Positions 19,145 to 29,102 of a stretch of 64,000 nucleotides of DNA are shown piece by piece. Position 1 is the stretch's first letter; each line of letters begins with the position of its first letter. This stretch comes from Pirellulaceae bacterium. GTDB lineage: Bacteria; Planctomycetota; Planctomycetia; Pirellulales; Pirellulaceae. Position numbers and translations under genes: made by a program. Location of the stretch: assembly GCA_963714715.1 (NCBI GenBank), contig CAVQPV010000035.1, positions 11,407-75,406 of the forward strand, read 5' to 3'. A model generated the notes under the pieces. The model saw nothing but the letters and a program-made list of their open reading frames with translations, was not told the origin of the DNA and ran no database searches.

Positions 19145-19765
19145 CTAGTTTAGACTGCTGGCGTTGGGAACGTCAGGTGTTCCAATCCAATTGGCGACCG
19201 ACCGCGCCGTGGCTCGCCGTACCAGTCCTGGCCACATATCCTGGTCGCTTGCAAACACCGCATCGGTGGTCGCGGGGACGACATGCCAAGTCCCTTGGGC
19301 CAACTCTGCGGCAAGTTGCTGGTTTTCCCAGCCAACGTGGCCCACGATCAGACGATAGGGGCTCGGTTTGTTGCGCACCAATGCTTCCAAGTGCCGTTTC
19401 TGGGCCGCAACATAGATACCGGCACCTGTTTCCGCTTCCGCGTGTTGGCTCGAACCGTGGATCGCCACAACGGGACCGGAAAGGGGGCCTCCAAAGTGGA
19501 CCGTTCCCATAGAATTGGTCGCACCTGCCAGAGTTTCCTCGGACGAGGGTTCCCTTTCGCCCGTCAAACGGTTACGTCCCACCGATGCCTTCTCTGCCAA
19601 CATCTTTAACAGCTCATCAGGCAGCGGTTGCATCGGGCGATTCAGCATGACACCGATGGCGTTGCTTTCATCGTGATGCACGATCAAGCAGACCGCTCGC
19701 GAGAACACTGGTTCATCCACCATGCTCGAAGCGACCAGCAAATTACCCATCAAGGAGTTAGACAT
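19145..19765 (-). CDS. YqgE/AlgH-family protein (UPF0301)
   Basis: GNLLVASSMVDEPVFSRAVCLIVHHDESNAIGVMLNRP matches the family's N-terminal signature. The 206-aa ORF is intact. Confidence 0.75.
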   Translation of the reverse strand: MSNSLMGNLLVASSMVDEPVFSRAVCLIVHHDESNAIGVMLNRPMQPLPDELLKMLAEKASVGRNRLTGEREPSSEETLAGATNSMGTVHFGGPLSGPVVAIHGSSQHAEAETGAGIYVAAQKRHLEALVRNKPSPYRLIVGHVGWENQQLAAELAQGTWHVVPATTDAVFASDQDMWPGLVRRATARSVANWIGTPDVPNASSLN

Positions 19766-19933
19766 GAAAAACTCGAAAAAGGAGACGCTGCCAGATCGAC
19801 AGAGAGTGATATACGGTCAAAAAATAAGGGCAAGCGGCGCGCCAAAACGGGAAAACACCGCGACTGAGCCTCAGAATGCTGCGATAAATCTGTAAAAAAT
19901 AGACTCGAAACCTGTTCTACGTCAGGAGCTAGC

Positions 19934-20578
19934 ATGCCGATCGAAGAAATGCGTCTTAATTACGCCCGAGGTACCCTTGATATTATGGACGTTGATCCTG
20001 ACCCAGGGGTTCAGTTTCAGAAATGGTTTCAGGAAGCTCAACAAGGTGAGTTGCCCGAGTGGCTGGAGGTGAACGCGATGAGTCTGTCGACCACCGACGC
20101 CGAGGGCCACGTGACATCGCGAATTGTTCTGTTAAGGGGCATCGACGAAGGTCAGTTTGTGTTTTTTACGAACTACGATTCGACCAAGGGGCGACAACTG
20201 AGCGTGTGTCCGAATGTCTCGCTGTGCTTCTATTGGCCGCACATGCAACGGCAGGTTCGAGTCGAAGGCCAAGTGTCCAAGACATCGCGCGAGCGATCGG
20301 ATCAGTATTTCCAAACGCGTCCTCGCGACAGTCAACTGGGTGCCCATGTCAGTTGCCAGTCGGCGGAGATCGAAAGCCGTGCCGTGCTGGAGCAGCAGAT
20401 GGCCGAATTGAAACGACAGTATGGCGACAACGCCGTGCCCTGCCCGAAAAACTGGGGGGGCTACGCGGTAACACCGACACAAGTCGAATTCTGGCAGGGA
20501 CGGCCAAGTCGGTTGCATGACCGAATTGTCTATCATGCCCACGACGACGGTTGGGACATCGTGCGGCTGAGTCCCTAG
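19934..20578 (+). CDS. pdxH: Pyridoxamine 5'-phosphate oxidase
   Basis: SRIVLLRGIDEGQFVFFTNYDSTKGRQL...YWPHMQRQVRVEG...SDQYFQTRPRDSQLGA...WGGYAVTPTQVEFWQGRPSRLHDRIVY has full-length PdxH motifs. Confidence 0.93.
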   Translation: MPIEEMRLNYARGTLDIMDVDPDPGVQFQKWFQEAQQGELPEWLEVNAMSLSTTDAEGHVTSRIVLLRGIDEGQFVFFTNYDSTKGRQLSVCPNVSLCFYWPHMQRQVRVEGQVSKTSRERSDQYFQTRPRDSQLGAHVSCQSAEIESRAVLEQQMAELKRQYGDNAVPCPKNWGGYAVTPTQVEFWQGRPSRLHDRIVYHAHDDGWDIVRLSP

Positions 20579-20673
20579 CGGCCTGTTGATTTAGTGAGCC
20601 GCGACGCGTAGACGGCCGGGCATACGTCATTGCCCGGTGCCTTACGGAAGCGTCGAAGGGATCATGGGCCAGG

Positions 20674-22986
20674 CTACAGCATGTCCATCGGATCGATGTC
20701 GACGACGTATTGAACTTCATCGTCGGCGATCTTGAAGGTATCCGTTGCTCGGCGGATCGTTTCACCCAATTGGGTTGAATCGACGGATTGCAGCAGGATG
20801 TGAAAACGATACTTGCCGCGCAGCTTTGAAATCGGCGGTGGTGCTGGACCCAGGATACGCACTTCGCCGCCCACTGCTTCACGTGCCGCTTCCAGTTGGC
20901 CGCGCAGCGAATCGGCCACCGCTTCGGTGATTTCTTCGACCGGCCCACGAATGATGATGCGTCCGACGCTGCCCAGCGGCGGGTAGTTGAATTTGACACG
21001 GTTGGCCAATTCAGCTTTCGCGAATTGTTCGTAATCGTGCCGCGAGGCGGCTTGAATTGCCGGGTGCTCGGGCGAATACGTTTGCACAATGACGCGTCCG
21101 CCACGATCACCACGACCGGTGCGACCGGCGACTTGCGTGACGAGTTGAAAGGTGCGCTCGGCGGCGCGAAAGTCGGGGAAGTGCAGGGCGGCGTCCGCGT
21201 TGACGACTCCCACCAACAGCACGTTGGGAAAGTCCAGGCCCTTGGCGATCATTTGCGTTCCCAGCAACACGTCGACTTCGCCGCTGCGGAATGCTGAAAG
21301 CACTTTTTGGTGGCTGCCGGGGCGGCGCATCGTGTCGCTGTCCATGCGAGCAACACGCGCGTCGGGAAATCGGGCTTTGATTTCGACTTCCAATCGTTGC
21401 GTGCCGAGACCTCCGTACCTGATGCCATCGAAACGACACGACGGGCACCATGGAGGCGTGGCGATTGTGTAGTCGCAGTAGTGGCAGACGGCCTTGCCGC
21501 CATCGCGGTGGTGGGTCAGTGGCATGTCACAATCCGGGCAGGCGACGACATGTCCACAAGCTGGGCACTGAATCGTGGTGGCGAAGCCGCGTCGATTCAG
21601 CAGCAAGATGACTTGGCCTTTTTCGTTCAGCGTTTCCTGGATCGCCGTGTGCAGGGGACGGCTGATGGCCCCGCTGCTGCGGTCATCTCGGATTCGCAAG
21701 TCGACCAATTGCACATCGGGCATCGGGCGATTGCTTACCCGCGTTGGCATCGTGATTAATTCAGCGTGTCCCGTCGTGGTTGCGTACCAAGATTCCAAGG
21801 ACGGTGTTGCGGACCCCAACACCAGTGGAATGTCCAAAGACATTGCCCGCGCCAGTGCGACTCGTCGTGCGTGATAGCGTGGTTGCGTATCTTGTTTGAA
21901 CGAGGCGTCGTGTTCTTCGTCGATCACGATCAAGCCAAGTCGGGGCAGGGGAGCGAATACAGCACTGCGAGGTCCCACCACCACTTGGACTTCGCCTCGC
22001 CGAATCCGCTGCCACTGAAAGTGCCGTTCGGCCGGCGTCATTTGGCTGTGCAGAACGGCCACCGATTGAAATCGTCTCTCGAATCGACCTCTCGTTTGCG
22101 GGGTCAGGCTGATTTCGGGGACCAACACGATCGCTCCGCGACCAAACCGGACAACGTGTTCGATCGCTTGGATATAAACTTCGGTCTTGCCGCTGCCCGT
22201 GACCCCGTGCAGAACCAGGGTATTCGATTTGGCCGAGTCGAGCGCGGAAACAATTTTCTCCAGCGCATCGGCCTGATCCTTGGTCAACTCGTGTTTCTCC
22301 GTCACTTCGCCATCATCCAATTGCCAGCGCATCGGCAGTCCGGTTGTCATCTCCCGCCGCACCGATTCACTTAGCAGCCCTCTTTTGCGAAGCTGACGAA
22401 TCGGACCCTGAGTGCACTCGGCCTGAACCATTAGTTGCGATGCGGTCATCGGACGACCGGCGGCGATCAGGAAACGCAGCGCGGATTGCTGTTTTTTTGG
22501 CAATGCTTTCAGTACCGCCTCGTCGTCGGCTGAGGCGGCTGGCGTAAAGTACGTTCGCTCGCGCGTGCCGGCGTTGGCCCGCACGCTGGATGGGATCAGT
22601 GTGTCGAAGACTTGTCCGGCCGGCGCTTGGTAATAGTGACTCATCCACATCACCAGGCGAACCAGCGGAGGGTCGCACAGCGGCATGTCGTCCAAGACTT
22701 CGGCTACTTCGCGCAAGGTGCGTTGGGACGATGAGCCAAGTTTGGTCTCGGTGCACCATCCTGCGATCGGTCGACGTCGTCTTCCCAACGGCACCAGGAC
22801 TCGCATTCCCGGCTGCAGGTCACCACGAATTTGATCGGGGATCCGATAATCGTACGGGCCGTGCGGCGCTTCACTAAACACGACCGAGGCAACTGCGACA
22901 TCGTCGTCTACGGCCAACTCCCAGGGTGGTGGCTCGGTCTCGAACAATTCACCTTGCTGACCGCCGCCCGGACTGACTCCGCCCAC
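20674..22986 (-). CDS. priA: Primosomal replication-restart helicase PriA
   Basis: 770-aa intact ORF (GTG start). It has Walker A LVLHGVTGSGKTEVY, DEEH (VIDEEHDASFKQ) and a Cys-rich zinc insert (CPACGHVVACPDCDMPLTHH...CHYCDY...CPSC). Confidence 0.93.
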   Translation of the reverse strand: MGGVSPGGGQQGELFETEPPPWELAVDDDVAVASVVFSEAPHGPYDYRIPDQIRGDLQPGMRVLVPLGRRRRPIAGWCTETKLGSSSQRTLREVAEVLDDMPLCDPPLVRLVMWMSHYYQAPAGQVFDTLIPSSVRANAGTRERTYFTPAASADDEAVLKALPKKQQSALRFLIAAGRPMTASQLMVQAECTQGPIRQLRKRGLLSESVRREMTTGLPMRWQLDDGEVTEKHELTKDQADALEKIVSALDSAKSNTLVLHGVTGSGKTEVYIQAIEHVVRFGRGAIVLVPEISLTPQTRGRFERRFQSVAVLHSQMTPAERHFQWQRIRRGEVQVVVGPRSAVFAPLPRLGLIVIDEEHDASFKQDTQPRYHARRVALARAMSLDIPLVLGSATPSLESWYATTTGHAELITMPTRVSNRPMPDVQLVDLRIRDDRSSGAISRPLHTAIQETLNEKGQVILLLNRRGFATTIQCPACGHVVACPDCDMPLTHHRDGGKAVCHYCDYTIATPPWCPSCRFDGIRYGGLGTQRLEVEIKARFPDARVARMDSDTMRRPGSHQKVLSAFRSGEVDVLLGTQMIAKGLDFPNVLLVGVVNADAALHFPDFRAAERTFQLVTQVAGRTGRGDRGGRVIVQTYSPEHPAIQAASRHDYEQFAKAELANRVKFNYPPLGSVGRIIIRGPVEEITEAVADSLRGQLEAAREAVGGEVRILGPAPPPISKLRGKYRFHILLQSVDSTQLGETIRRATDTFKIADDEVQYVVDIDPMDML

Positions 22987-23244
22987 AGTTGGCGGGGTTT
23001 CGACCGCGCTCGGGATCGGCTGGGAGTTCAGGGAGTGGCATCGACGCTTCAGCGGAGGATTGGTTGGGTGGATGGGTGACCAAAGTGTTATCCGTCAACA
23101 TAGTGGATGATCCGGCTGGTCGAGAAAGGGTGGAGGAAATACTGCTCACAAAACACCGATTGAAGATCAACTTGGATTGTCCTCCCGCCCGGGACACGTA
23201 AGGTCATCGCTGGCGACGGGTGGCGTCTTTACGGGGGAGGATCA

Positions 23245-23873
23245 ATGCGTTTGGGAATCTATGGCGGATCGTTTGATCCGATTCATATCGGACATTTGTG
23301 GGTTGCCGAGGCCGCTTTGGAGTCTCTCGGACTATCGGAGATTCGTTGGATCCCAGCAGCGACATCGCCGTTGAAGCCTGCCGGTACGATCGCATCCAAT
23401 GAGGACCGGCTGCAGATGATTCGATTGGCCGTCAGCGGATGTCCGCAGCATGTGATCGATGATCGTGAGCTTCGTCGCGGCGAAGTGAGCTATACGGTTG
23501 ATACGGTGGCGGAGATTCAGCAAGAGTGTGCCAGAAGCTGAAATCGTGATGGTAATCGGCAGTGACTCGTTGGCATCTGTTACCTCAGTGGCATCAACCG
23601 GAGCGGTTGCTGGACATGGTGATTCCAGCCGTTGTGCAGCGAGGCGGGCGCACAGCCGTCGATCTTTCGGTGTTGGACGGACTGGTTGCCGGCGATCGCA
23701 TCGAGCTGTTTCGCCGGCACGTGATCGAAATGCCGGTGATTGAATTATCCAGCAGTGAACTGCGCGATCGGGTGGCCACGGGCAAGAGCATTCGCTTTCG
23801 CGTGCCGCGTGCAGTTGAGGCGTTCATCGAGGCTCAATCGCTGTACCGATCAGCGAACCATGCGAGTTCTTAG
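23245..23873 (+). pseudogene. nadD: Nicotinate-nucleotide adenylyltransferase; two frame breaks (~23530 and ~23575)
   Basis: MRLGIYGGSFDPIHIGHL (the (T/H)xGH motif)...YTVDTVAEIQQE is in frame 1. PEAEIVMVIGSDSLA is in frame 2. LLPQWHQPERLLDMVIPAVVQRGG...ELSSSELRDRV is in frame 3. Confidence 0.85.
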
Positions 23874-24013
23874 AACGTGTTTTAAAAAGGGGTCTGACCC
23901 GGGTCTGACCTTTGTGGGCGAGAGGTTACTGCAAGCGAAACTCGGTACCGGAGACTTTTTTCGTTTATCGAGATCGGTTCAAGAGAGGGTCAGACCCCTT
24001 TTTGAATCACGTT
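23874..24013. repeat. 140-bp element bounded by 27-bp inverted repeats (17-bp perfect core AAAAAGGGGTCTGACCC / GGGTCAGACCCCTTTTT), between convergent genes
   Basis: The left arm is aacgtgttttaaaaaggggtctgaccc (23874-23900). The reverse complement of the right arm (23987-24013) is aacgtgattcaaaaaggggtctgaccc, with 2 mismatches. An extra direct copy of ggtctgacc lies at 23902-23910. It may be a MITE/REP-like element or a long-stem bidirectional terminator. Confidence 0.6.
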
Positions 24014-24072
24014 GTTAGTGCCGGCTCGCGCGGATGAACGGCCGCATCAGTGAAAAAAAATGGCGAACGATA

Positions 24073-24594
24073 CTATTGATTCAACGCATCCGTCAGACAT
24101 GTCGTGTCTTTTACCAACTGTTGTACGCGATCGTGGATCGTCTCCTCGGCCAATTGGTCGCCCGCGAAAGAGTCTCCGGTCGTGTAAATAAACCGGGGCA
24201 CGATTAGGCAGCGAAAATCTAACATCAAGCTATTCGCCAAACCCATTGCTGACATGTAACTGCCCTGGCCGCCGGCAGCCAACATCATGCTGACAATCTT
24301 GCCCGTCCAAGCCTTACCGGTCAATTCGACGACATTCTTGGCGGCCGCGTTGACGTCGTAGTTGTAGACGGGAGCCGCCAAGAAGATGGCATTGGCTGAC
24401 TCGATCAGCTCAGTCAGTCTGCGGACGTTTTCGTGGGCGTAGGCGGTCGCTCCGTCGCACAGAGGTAACGGATCATCTGCCAAATCAAACCACTGAACGG
24501 ATCGGCCGGAGGACTTTAGCTGATCATGACAGGCGCGGGCCAAAATTCGACTTCGGCTGCTGGGATGCAGGCTGGTGCTGATCACTAAGAACAT
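24073..24594 (-). CDS. NAD(P)H-dependent FMN reductase / flavodoxin-like-fold oxidoreductase
   Basis: The N-terminus MFLVISTSLHPSSRSRILA and ...LAAPVYNYDVNAAAKN fit the FMN_red family pattern. The 173-aa ORF is intact. Confidence 0.7.
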   Translation of the reverse strand: MFLVISTSLHPSSRSRILARACHDQLKSSGRSVQWFDLADDPLPLCDGATAYAHENVRRLTELIESANAIFLAAPVYNYDVNAAAKNVVELTGKAWTGKIVSMMLAAGGQGSYMSAMGLANSLMLDFRCLIVPRFIYTTGDSFAGDQLAEETIHDRVQQLVKDTTCLTDALNQ

Positions 24595-24711
24595 TTTTAC
24601 TCGGTCACATAATCGGATAAGGCGACCAAATCATAAGCCGCAGACAAAACCGTATGCGATCGAAAAAGATTTAGGAAGGATAGGATCGACTGATTCGCAA
24701 AGACGGATGCT

Positions 24712-25416
24712 TCAGCAGGCACCCGCGTAGTCGTCGCCATCCATTCCCAGGCGGTTCTTCAAAATGTTGAAGTCGTCGAAGAATCGCTCGCTGCTGCTGT
24801 GCACATGCTCTGCTTCGGTGATGAACCGCATCCCTTTCTGGGGGTACACATCAGCTTCGATCAGCAATCCCTCGAATTGGTCAAGCGGACTGCCGTACAT
24901 GATCAAAAGCTTGTGCTCATCTAGCTGAACTTCCTGACGTTTACGCGGGTTGATCACGGCGATTCCTGTGCAACCATCATTCAACAAGAGATCTTCGTGA
25001 TCCAGCAGCGTACTTTTGAGCACTGGCATGTCGATGTGTTCACGATACAGGTCTTGATGGGAGCCGGCGCACTGGTGGCTTGTTTCCAGGACGACGTCCA
25101 CGACGTTCCCCAACGGGTCTAGCAGATCTAGAAACAAGTCCATGATCTGGTGCCGAGTCGCCGACGCCATGATCACGGGAGTCCGCGAACCGCCGGATTC
25201 GTCTACATATTCGTCGTGGCGGAAACCTTGACACGGCACGATCTGTAGGTCGTATGAGGGCCGGACGGCATCCGTCAAATCAAACGCACCATAGGTGTTG
25301 ATGCCCATGTGAACTTGCAGTTCTTCATCGGTCAATGTATCGAAACTGCCCTCAGAAACGACTTGTCTGACTTCGTCACTGCTACCGCTGCGTAGGATTC
25401 GTTTTAGAAAACCCAT
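24712..25416 (-). CDS. Hypothetical cytoplasmic protein
   Basis: Protein-like ORF. I chose ATG 25416 (MGFLKRILRSG...) over the track start 25503. I recognise no domain. Confidence 0.5.
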   Translation of the reverse strand: MGFLKRILRSGSSDEVRQVVSEGSFDTLTDEELQVHMGINTYGAFDLTDAVRPSYDLQIVPCQGFRHDEYVDESGGSRTPVIMASATRHQIMDLFLDLLDPLGNVVDVVLETSHQCAGSHQDLYREHIDMPVLKSTLLDHEDLLLNDGCTGIAVINPRKRQEVQLDEHKLLIMYGSPLDQFEGLLIEADVYPQKGMRFITEAEHVHSSSERFFDDFNILKNRLGMDGDDYAGAC

Positions 25417-25776
25417 GTGAGGATTCCCGATGCCATCAATGTTGGTGTGATCAAAAGTGAATGCCGTCCGTCTGCGGGCTGGCCCGAGCAGAACGGTGCA
25501 CACCCAACGCTAGGTCACATCCAAGCAGTGGTCAGAAATAATCGCGTTTCCGAGTTAGCAATCGAGATGAAACGGCGGCGGCGCAAATTGAAAAAGGAGT
25601 ATGCCCGGCACGATCGTCACAGTCCGACCCTTGGCGACCGCACCAAGGTGAGGGATAAAGTAGAAGAGGAAACCGGTCGCAACAGTCTGTATACTGTGGA
25701 AACATGGCACCGCGGGTCCGCTTGCTTCCCGTGGTTGCAGGAATCAACATTCGATGAACGAGAATCAAAATCAGCG

Positions 25777-27417
25777 ATGAGATCGAAGCACATTTCCGGT
25801 AACGATTTCTGGGCATCCCTTTCGGCCCTAGCCGTCCTGGGCATGCTGGTTGCCATGGGCTGTGACTTTCCAGATCGACCGCCAATCAACGCACCCAAGC
25901 GGGTCGAGCGTGTGGTCCAAAATGATCTTTCTGATCAGCCCCGCACCGAGATGGTTGAGCCGCCGGAAACTCAGTTCGAACAAGATTGGGAGGCCTGGGA
26001 CGCCTACTTTTTGAAAGGAAAACAGGTCGGGTATAGCCACTTGTTGGCCGAATCATTGTTCAGCGAGGCGATTCGCAAAGTGTCAGAGGCGAACGTTCAA
26101 TACACCGTTGAAGACCAAGTCAGATTTCGCCGCGGTAACGCGACCTTTGTCCAGTATCTCAATCAAGTCAGCATCGAGACGCCAGTAGGAGTGTTGCTGG
26201 ACTTCGAGAGCACGCTGCAAATAGGTCCGATCGTCAAGCATTTCAAAGGAGTCGTCGACGGCGAGCATTTGAACATTGAAACCGTCCAGGGAAGTCAGCG
26301 TTCAAGTCGCGAGCTCGATTGGCAGCCAGCTTATCGGGGTTTGGCAGCGGTGCAGCAGTCGCTCCGTCGCAAGCCGATGATCGCGGGAGAAAGTCGGAAG
26401 CTGAAAGCACTCGCTCCGATTCAATATGAAATGGTTTCGGTCGAGTTGTATTGCAGCGGCGAGGCCGCTGTGCCAATGATCGACGGCAAGTACAAGAAAC
26501 TAGTCGAGATCGCGACGCAGTATGTCGCTGGTCCGGACATGGTTGTTGATCAGACGATTTGGACGGACGAGAAAGGCGAAATCCAGAAAACACTGCGGCA
26601 GGGAGATGGCTTGACGTCTTACCGCACCGACAAGGACACCGCGCTTGCCGGTGCAACCTCGGCAGAGGAATTGCTGGAAGCGACGAAAATCGACATCAAG
26701 AGCACGCTGGATCGACCGGGCGAGGCCACCCGTGTCAAGATGTTGGTTCAGCCGACCGCGGCCATGAAACGCCAGGGAGAACCGATTCGAATCGCAGCCC
26801 AGCCCGATCAATATGTGCGGGAAATGGGCGATGGTACGTTCCAAATTCTGGTCAGCCGAAGTGATGCTGAAGTTCCGGATGGATATCAAGCGGCCGTTTC
26901 GGAACCCACAAATGAGGACCGGACAGCTAACGCAGTGATCGACTCTCAGGCAAGGCTGATCAGACAGCTCGCGACCGCAGTCGGGAAATCCAACCGCGGC
27001 GAGCGACAACTCGCCTTCGATTTGGCGGCGACGGTGCGCGACTTGATGACATACCGGAACACTTCAAGAGGCTTGATGAAAGCCTCGGAAATCGCCAGTA
27101 CACCCGAGGGTGGGAGCCTTGAGTATTCCATCTTCTTGGCGGCCATGCTACGTGCGCGACAGATACCGTCGCGGCTTGCTTTCGGGTTCGTCTATACGCC
27201 GGGCGAAACGGCGTCGATGTCCTTCCAGGTGTGGAATTTGGCTTACATTGAAGGGAAATGGATTTCTCTGGACCCAGTTCTCGGTTCCATCGCGCCCGCC
27301 GATCGCATCACGTTGGCGACGTCAAACATGAGCAATGGAAACGAGTACAGCGTGCTGATGCCGATCCTGGCCTCGCTGGGTCAGATCGAAATAGAGATTC
27401 AAGACGCCGAATACTGA
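25777..27417 (+). CDS. Lipoprotein with a C-terminal transglutaminase-like core domain (catalytic residues apparently substituted)
   Basis: ATG 25777 gives MRSKHISGNDFWASLSALAVLGMLVAMGC, which is lipobox-like. The C-terminus GGSLEYSIFLAAMLRARQIPSRLAFGFVY...FQVWNLAYIEGKWISLDP resembles the Cys-His-Asp core but has Ser and Gln where Cys and His are expected. Confidence 0.5.
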   Translation: MRSKHISGNDFWASLSALAVLGMLVAMGCDFPDRPPINAPKRVERVVQNDLSDQPRTEMVEPPETQFEQDWEAWDAYFLKGKQVGYSHLLAESLFSEAIRKVSEANVQYTVEDQVRFRRGNATFVQYLNQVSIETPVGVLLDFESTLQIGPIVKHFKGVVDGEHLNIETVQGSQRSSRELDWQPAYRGLAAVQQSLRRKPMIAGESRKLKALAPIQYEMVSVELYCSGEAAVPMIDGKYKKLVEIATQYVAGPDMVVDQTIWTDEKGEIQKTLRQGDGLTSYRTDKDTALAGATSAEELLEATKIDIKSTLDRPGEATRVKMLVQPTAAMKRQGEPIRIAAQPDQYVREMGDGTFQILVSRSDAEVPDGYQAAVSEPTNEDRTANAVIDSQARLIRQLATAVGKSNRGERQLAFDLAATVRDLMTYRNTSRGLMKASEIASTPEGGSLEYSIFLAAMLRARQIPSRLAFGFVYTPGETASMSFQVWNLAYIEGKWISLDPVLGSIAPADRITLATSNMSNGNEYSVLMPILASLGQIEIEIQDAEY

Positions 27418-27423
27418 TCGCCG

Positions 27424-27921
27424 TCAGTCGTGCCTGGCTTCCGAAGGCTGTGATTGAAGATGTTTGGCAACGGCGGCCAGCAGAGGATCAATTGTTTGCA
27501 TTTGAATTTGGTGAGGCGGATTCCAATCGAACCATTCGGCCGAATCGTGTTCGGTCAAGGCCAATGTGGGACGCTCATGCAAACGACCCAAAAAGTAACG
27601 GACTTTCTTTGTAAACACCTCGTTGCCCCAGCGTTTGTACTGGACGGGGTAGGTCAGATCGAAGAAAAAGTCGGGATCGAGATCGATCTGTGATGATTCA
27701 ATGCCTGTTTCCTCGTGTGTCTCGCGTAGCGCTGCTTCCACGAACGATTCACCCGGTTCACAGTGACCTTTGGGCAAATCCCATCGATTGGCGTGACGCA
27801 TCAGCAAAAACTGCGGCGGTGAGCTTCGTGTCGTCAGCAGGATGCCCCCCGCGCGGACGATGCCTTCAGGTTTTCTCTTCATCCTTTTTGTCTCCGATAC
27901 TTGTCGCTGCCGCGAGTTCAT
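27424..27921 (-). CDS. NUDIX hydrolase
   Basis: The Nudix box is present: GHCEPGESFVEAALRETHEETGI (Gx5Ex7REUxEExGU). The start is uncertain (27921 or ATG 27882). Confidence 0.85.
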   Translation of the reverse strand: MNSRQRQVSETKRMKRKPEGIVRAGGILLTTRSSPPQFLLMRHANRWDLPKGHCEPGESFVEAALRETHEETGIESSQIDLDPDFFFDLTYPVQYKRWGNEVFTKKVRYFLGRLHERPTLALTEHDSAEWFDWNPPHQIQMQTIDPLLAAVAKHLQSQPSEARHD

Positions 27922-27988
27922 CTACAAAAGGGCGATGCGATTGTTGATGATGAAAACTTCTTGGTAAACGCAGAGGCCGTGTCTAGCA

Positions 27989-28543
27989 ATGAAAATCTAC
28001 ACTCGCACGGGAGATGCGGGCAGCACGGGACTGTTCGGTGGACCTCGCGTTCAAAAGGACCACGAACGCATCGAAGCCTATGGAACGGTGGACGAATTGA
28101 ATGCGGCGATCGGCTTGGCTCGGACGACCGGCGTTTCTCAGCAAGTCGATGGCCAGTTGGATCGAATTCAGCATGAGCTGTTTTCGATCGGCGCGGAATT
28201 AGCGTCTCCTGACCCCGATGATCACGACCTCCGCGTCATTGGTGCGGCCCATGTTGCGCAATTGGAGTCGCTGATCGATCAGCATGAGTTGGGGCTGGCT
28301 GAATTAAAAAATTTTATATTGCCGGGCGGTTGCGAAGCGGCGGCCAGGCTGCATCTGGCTCGCGCCATTTGTCGGCGAGCCGAGCGTCGCGTTGTGTCGC
28401 TTGCCTGCGGGGTTGAGATTTCTGACACGCTGATCATCTACCTCAATCGCCTCAGCGATTACCTTTTCGTCCTCAGCCGCGTCGTGAATCGGGAGGCCAA
28501 AGTGCCCGAAGTCACCTGGGTACGTCCGGCATCCAGCCATTAA
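27989..28543 (+). CDS. ATP:cob(I)alamin adenosyltransferase, PduO type
   Basis: MKIYTRTGDAGSTGLFGGPRVQKDHERIEAYGTVDELNAAIGLAR is the canonical PduO/MMAB N-terminus. The 184-aa ORF is intact. Confidence 0.9.
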   Translation: MKIYTRTGDAGSTGLFGGPRVQKDHERIEAYGTVDELNAAIGLARTTGVSQQVDGQLDRIQHELFSIGAELASPDPDDHDLRVIGAAHVAQLESLIDQHELGLAELKNFILPGGCEAAARLHLARAICRRAERRVVSLACGVEISDTLIIYLNRLSDYLFVLSRVVNREAKVPEVTWVRPASSH

Positions 28544-28736
28544 CAGGTCTTTGCGGTTAGGAGCCGCGCCGTTTGTTGAAGTTTTTCCTCAGTGGTGCAC
28601 GAAAACGTCTGCCCGCTAGATGGGCGACTCGGCACGTGTACAATAGTGTCCGGTGGGATTGAACAGGGAAGCAGTAGGCGGTTGCCGACCTGGCGATCGA
28701 GTTGACTATCAACTCGAGGCAGCTGAGTTTTACTAG

Positions 28737-29090
<354 letters not shown>

Positions 29091-29102
29091 GGCAAGCGCG
29101 CG

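Noticed and set aside
20349-21113. 254-aa minus-strand ORF overlapping the priA 3' region
   Set aside because: It is an alternative frame of priA. The priA frame carries the helicase C-terminal motifs, and this one is Arg/Ser/Pro-rich.
28593-28612. Sigma-54-like promoter (TGGTGCAC...CTGC) upstream of glnB
   Set aside because: The GG and GC elements are not at the canonical 10-nt offset (TGGCAC-N5-TTGC), so the match is superficial.
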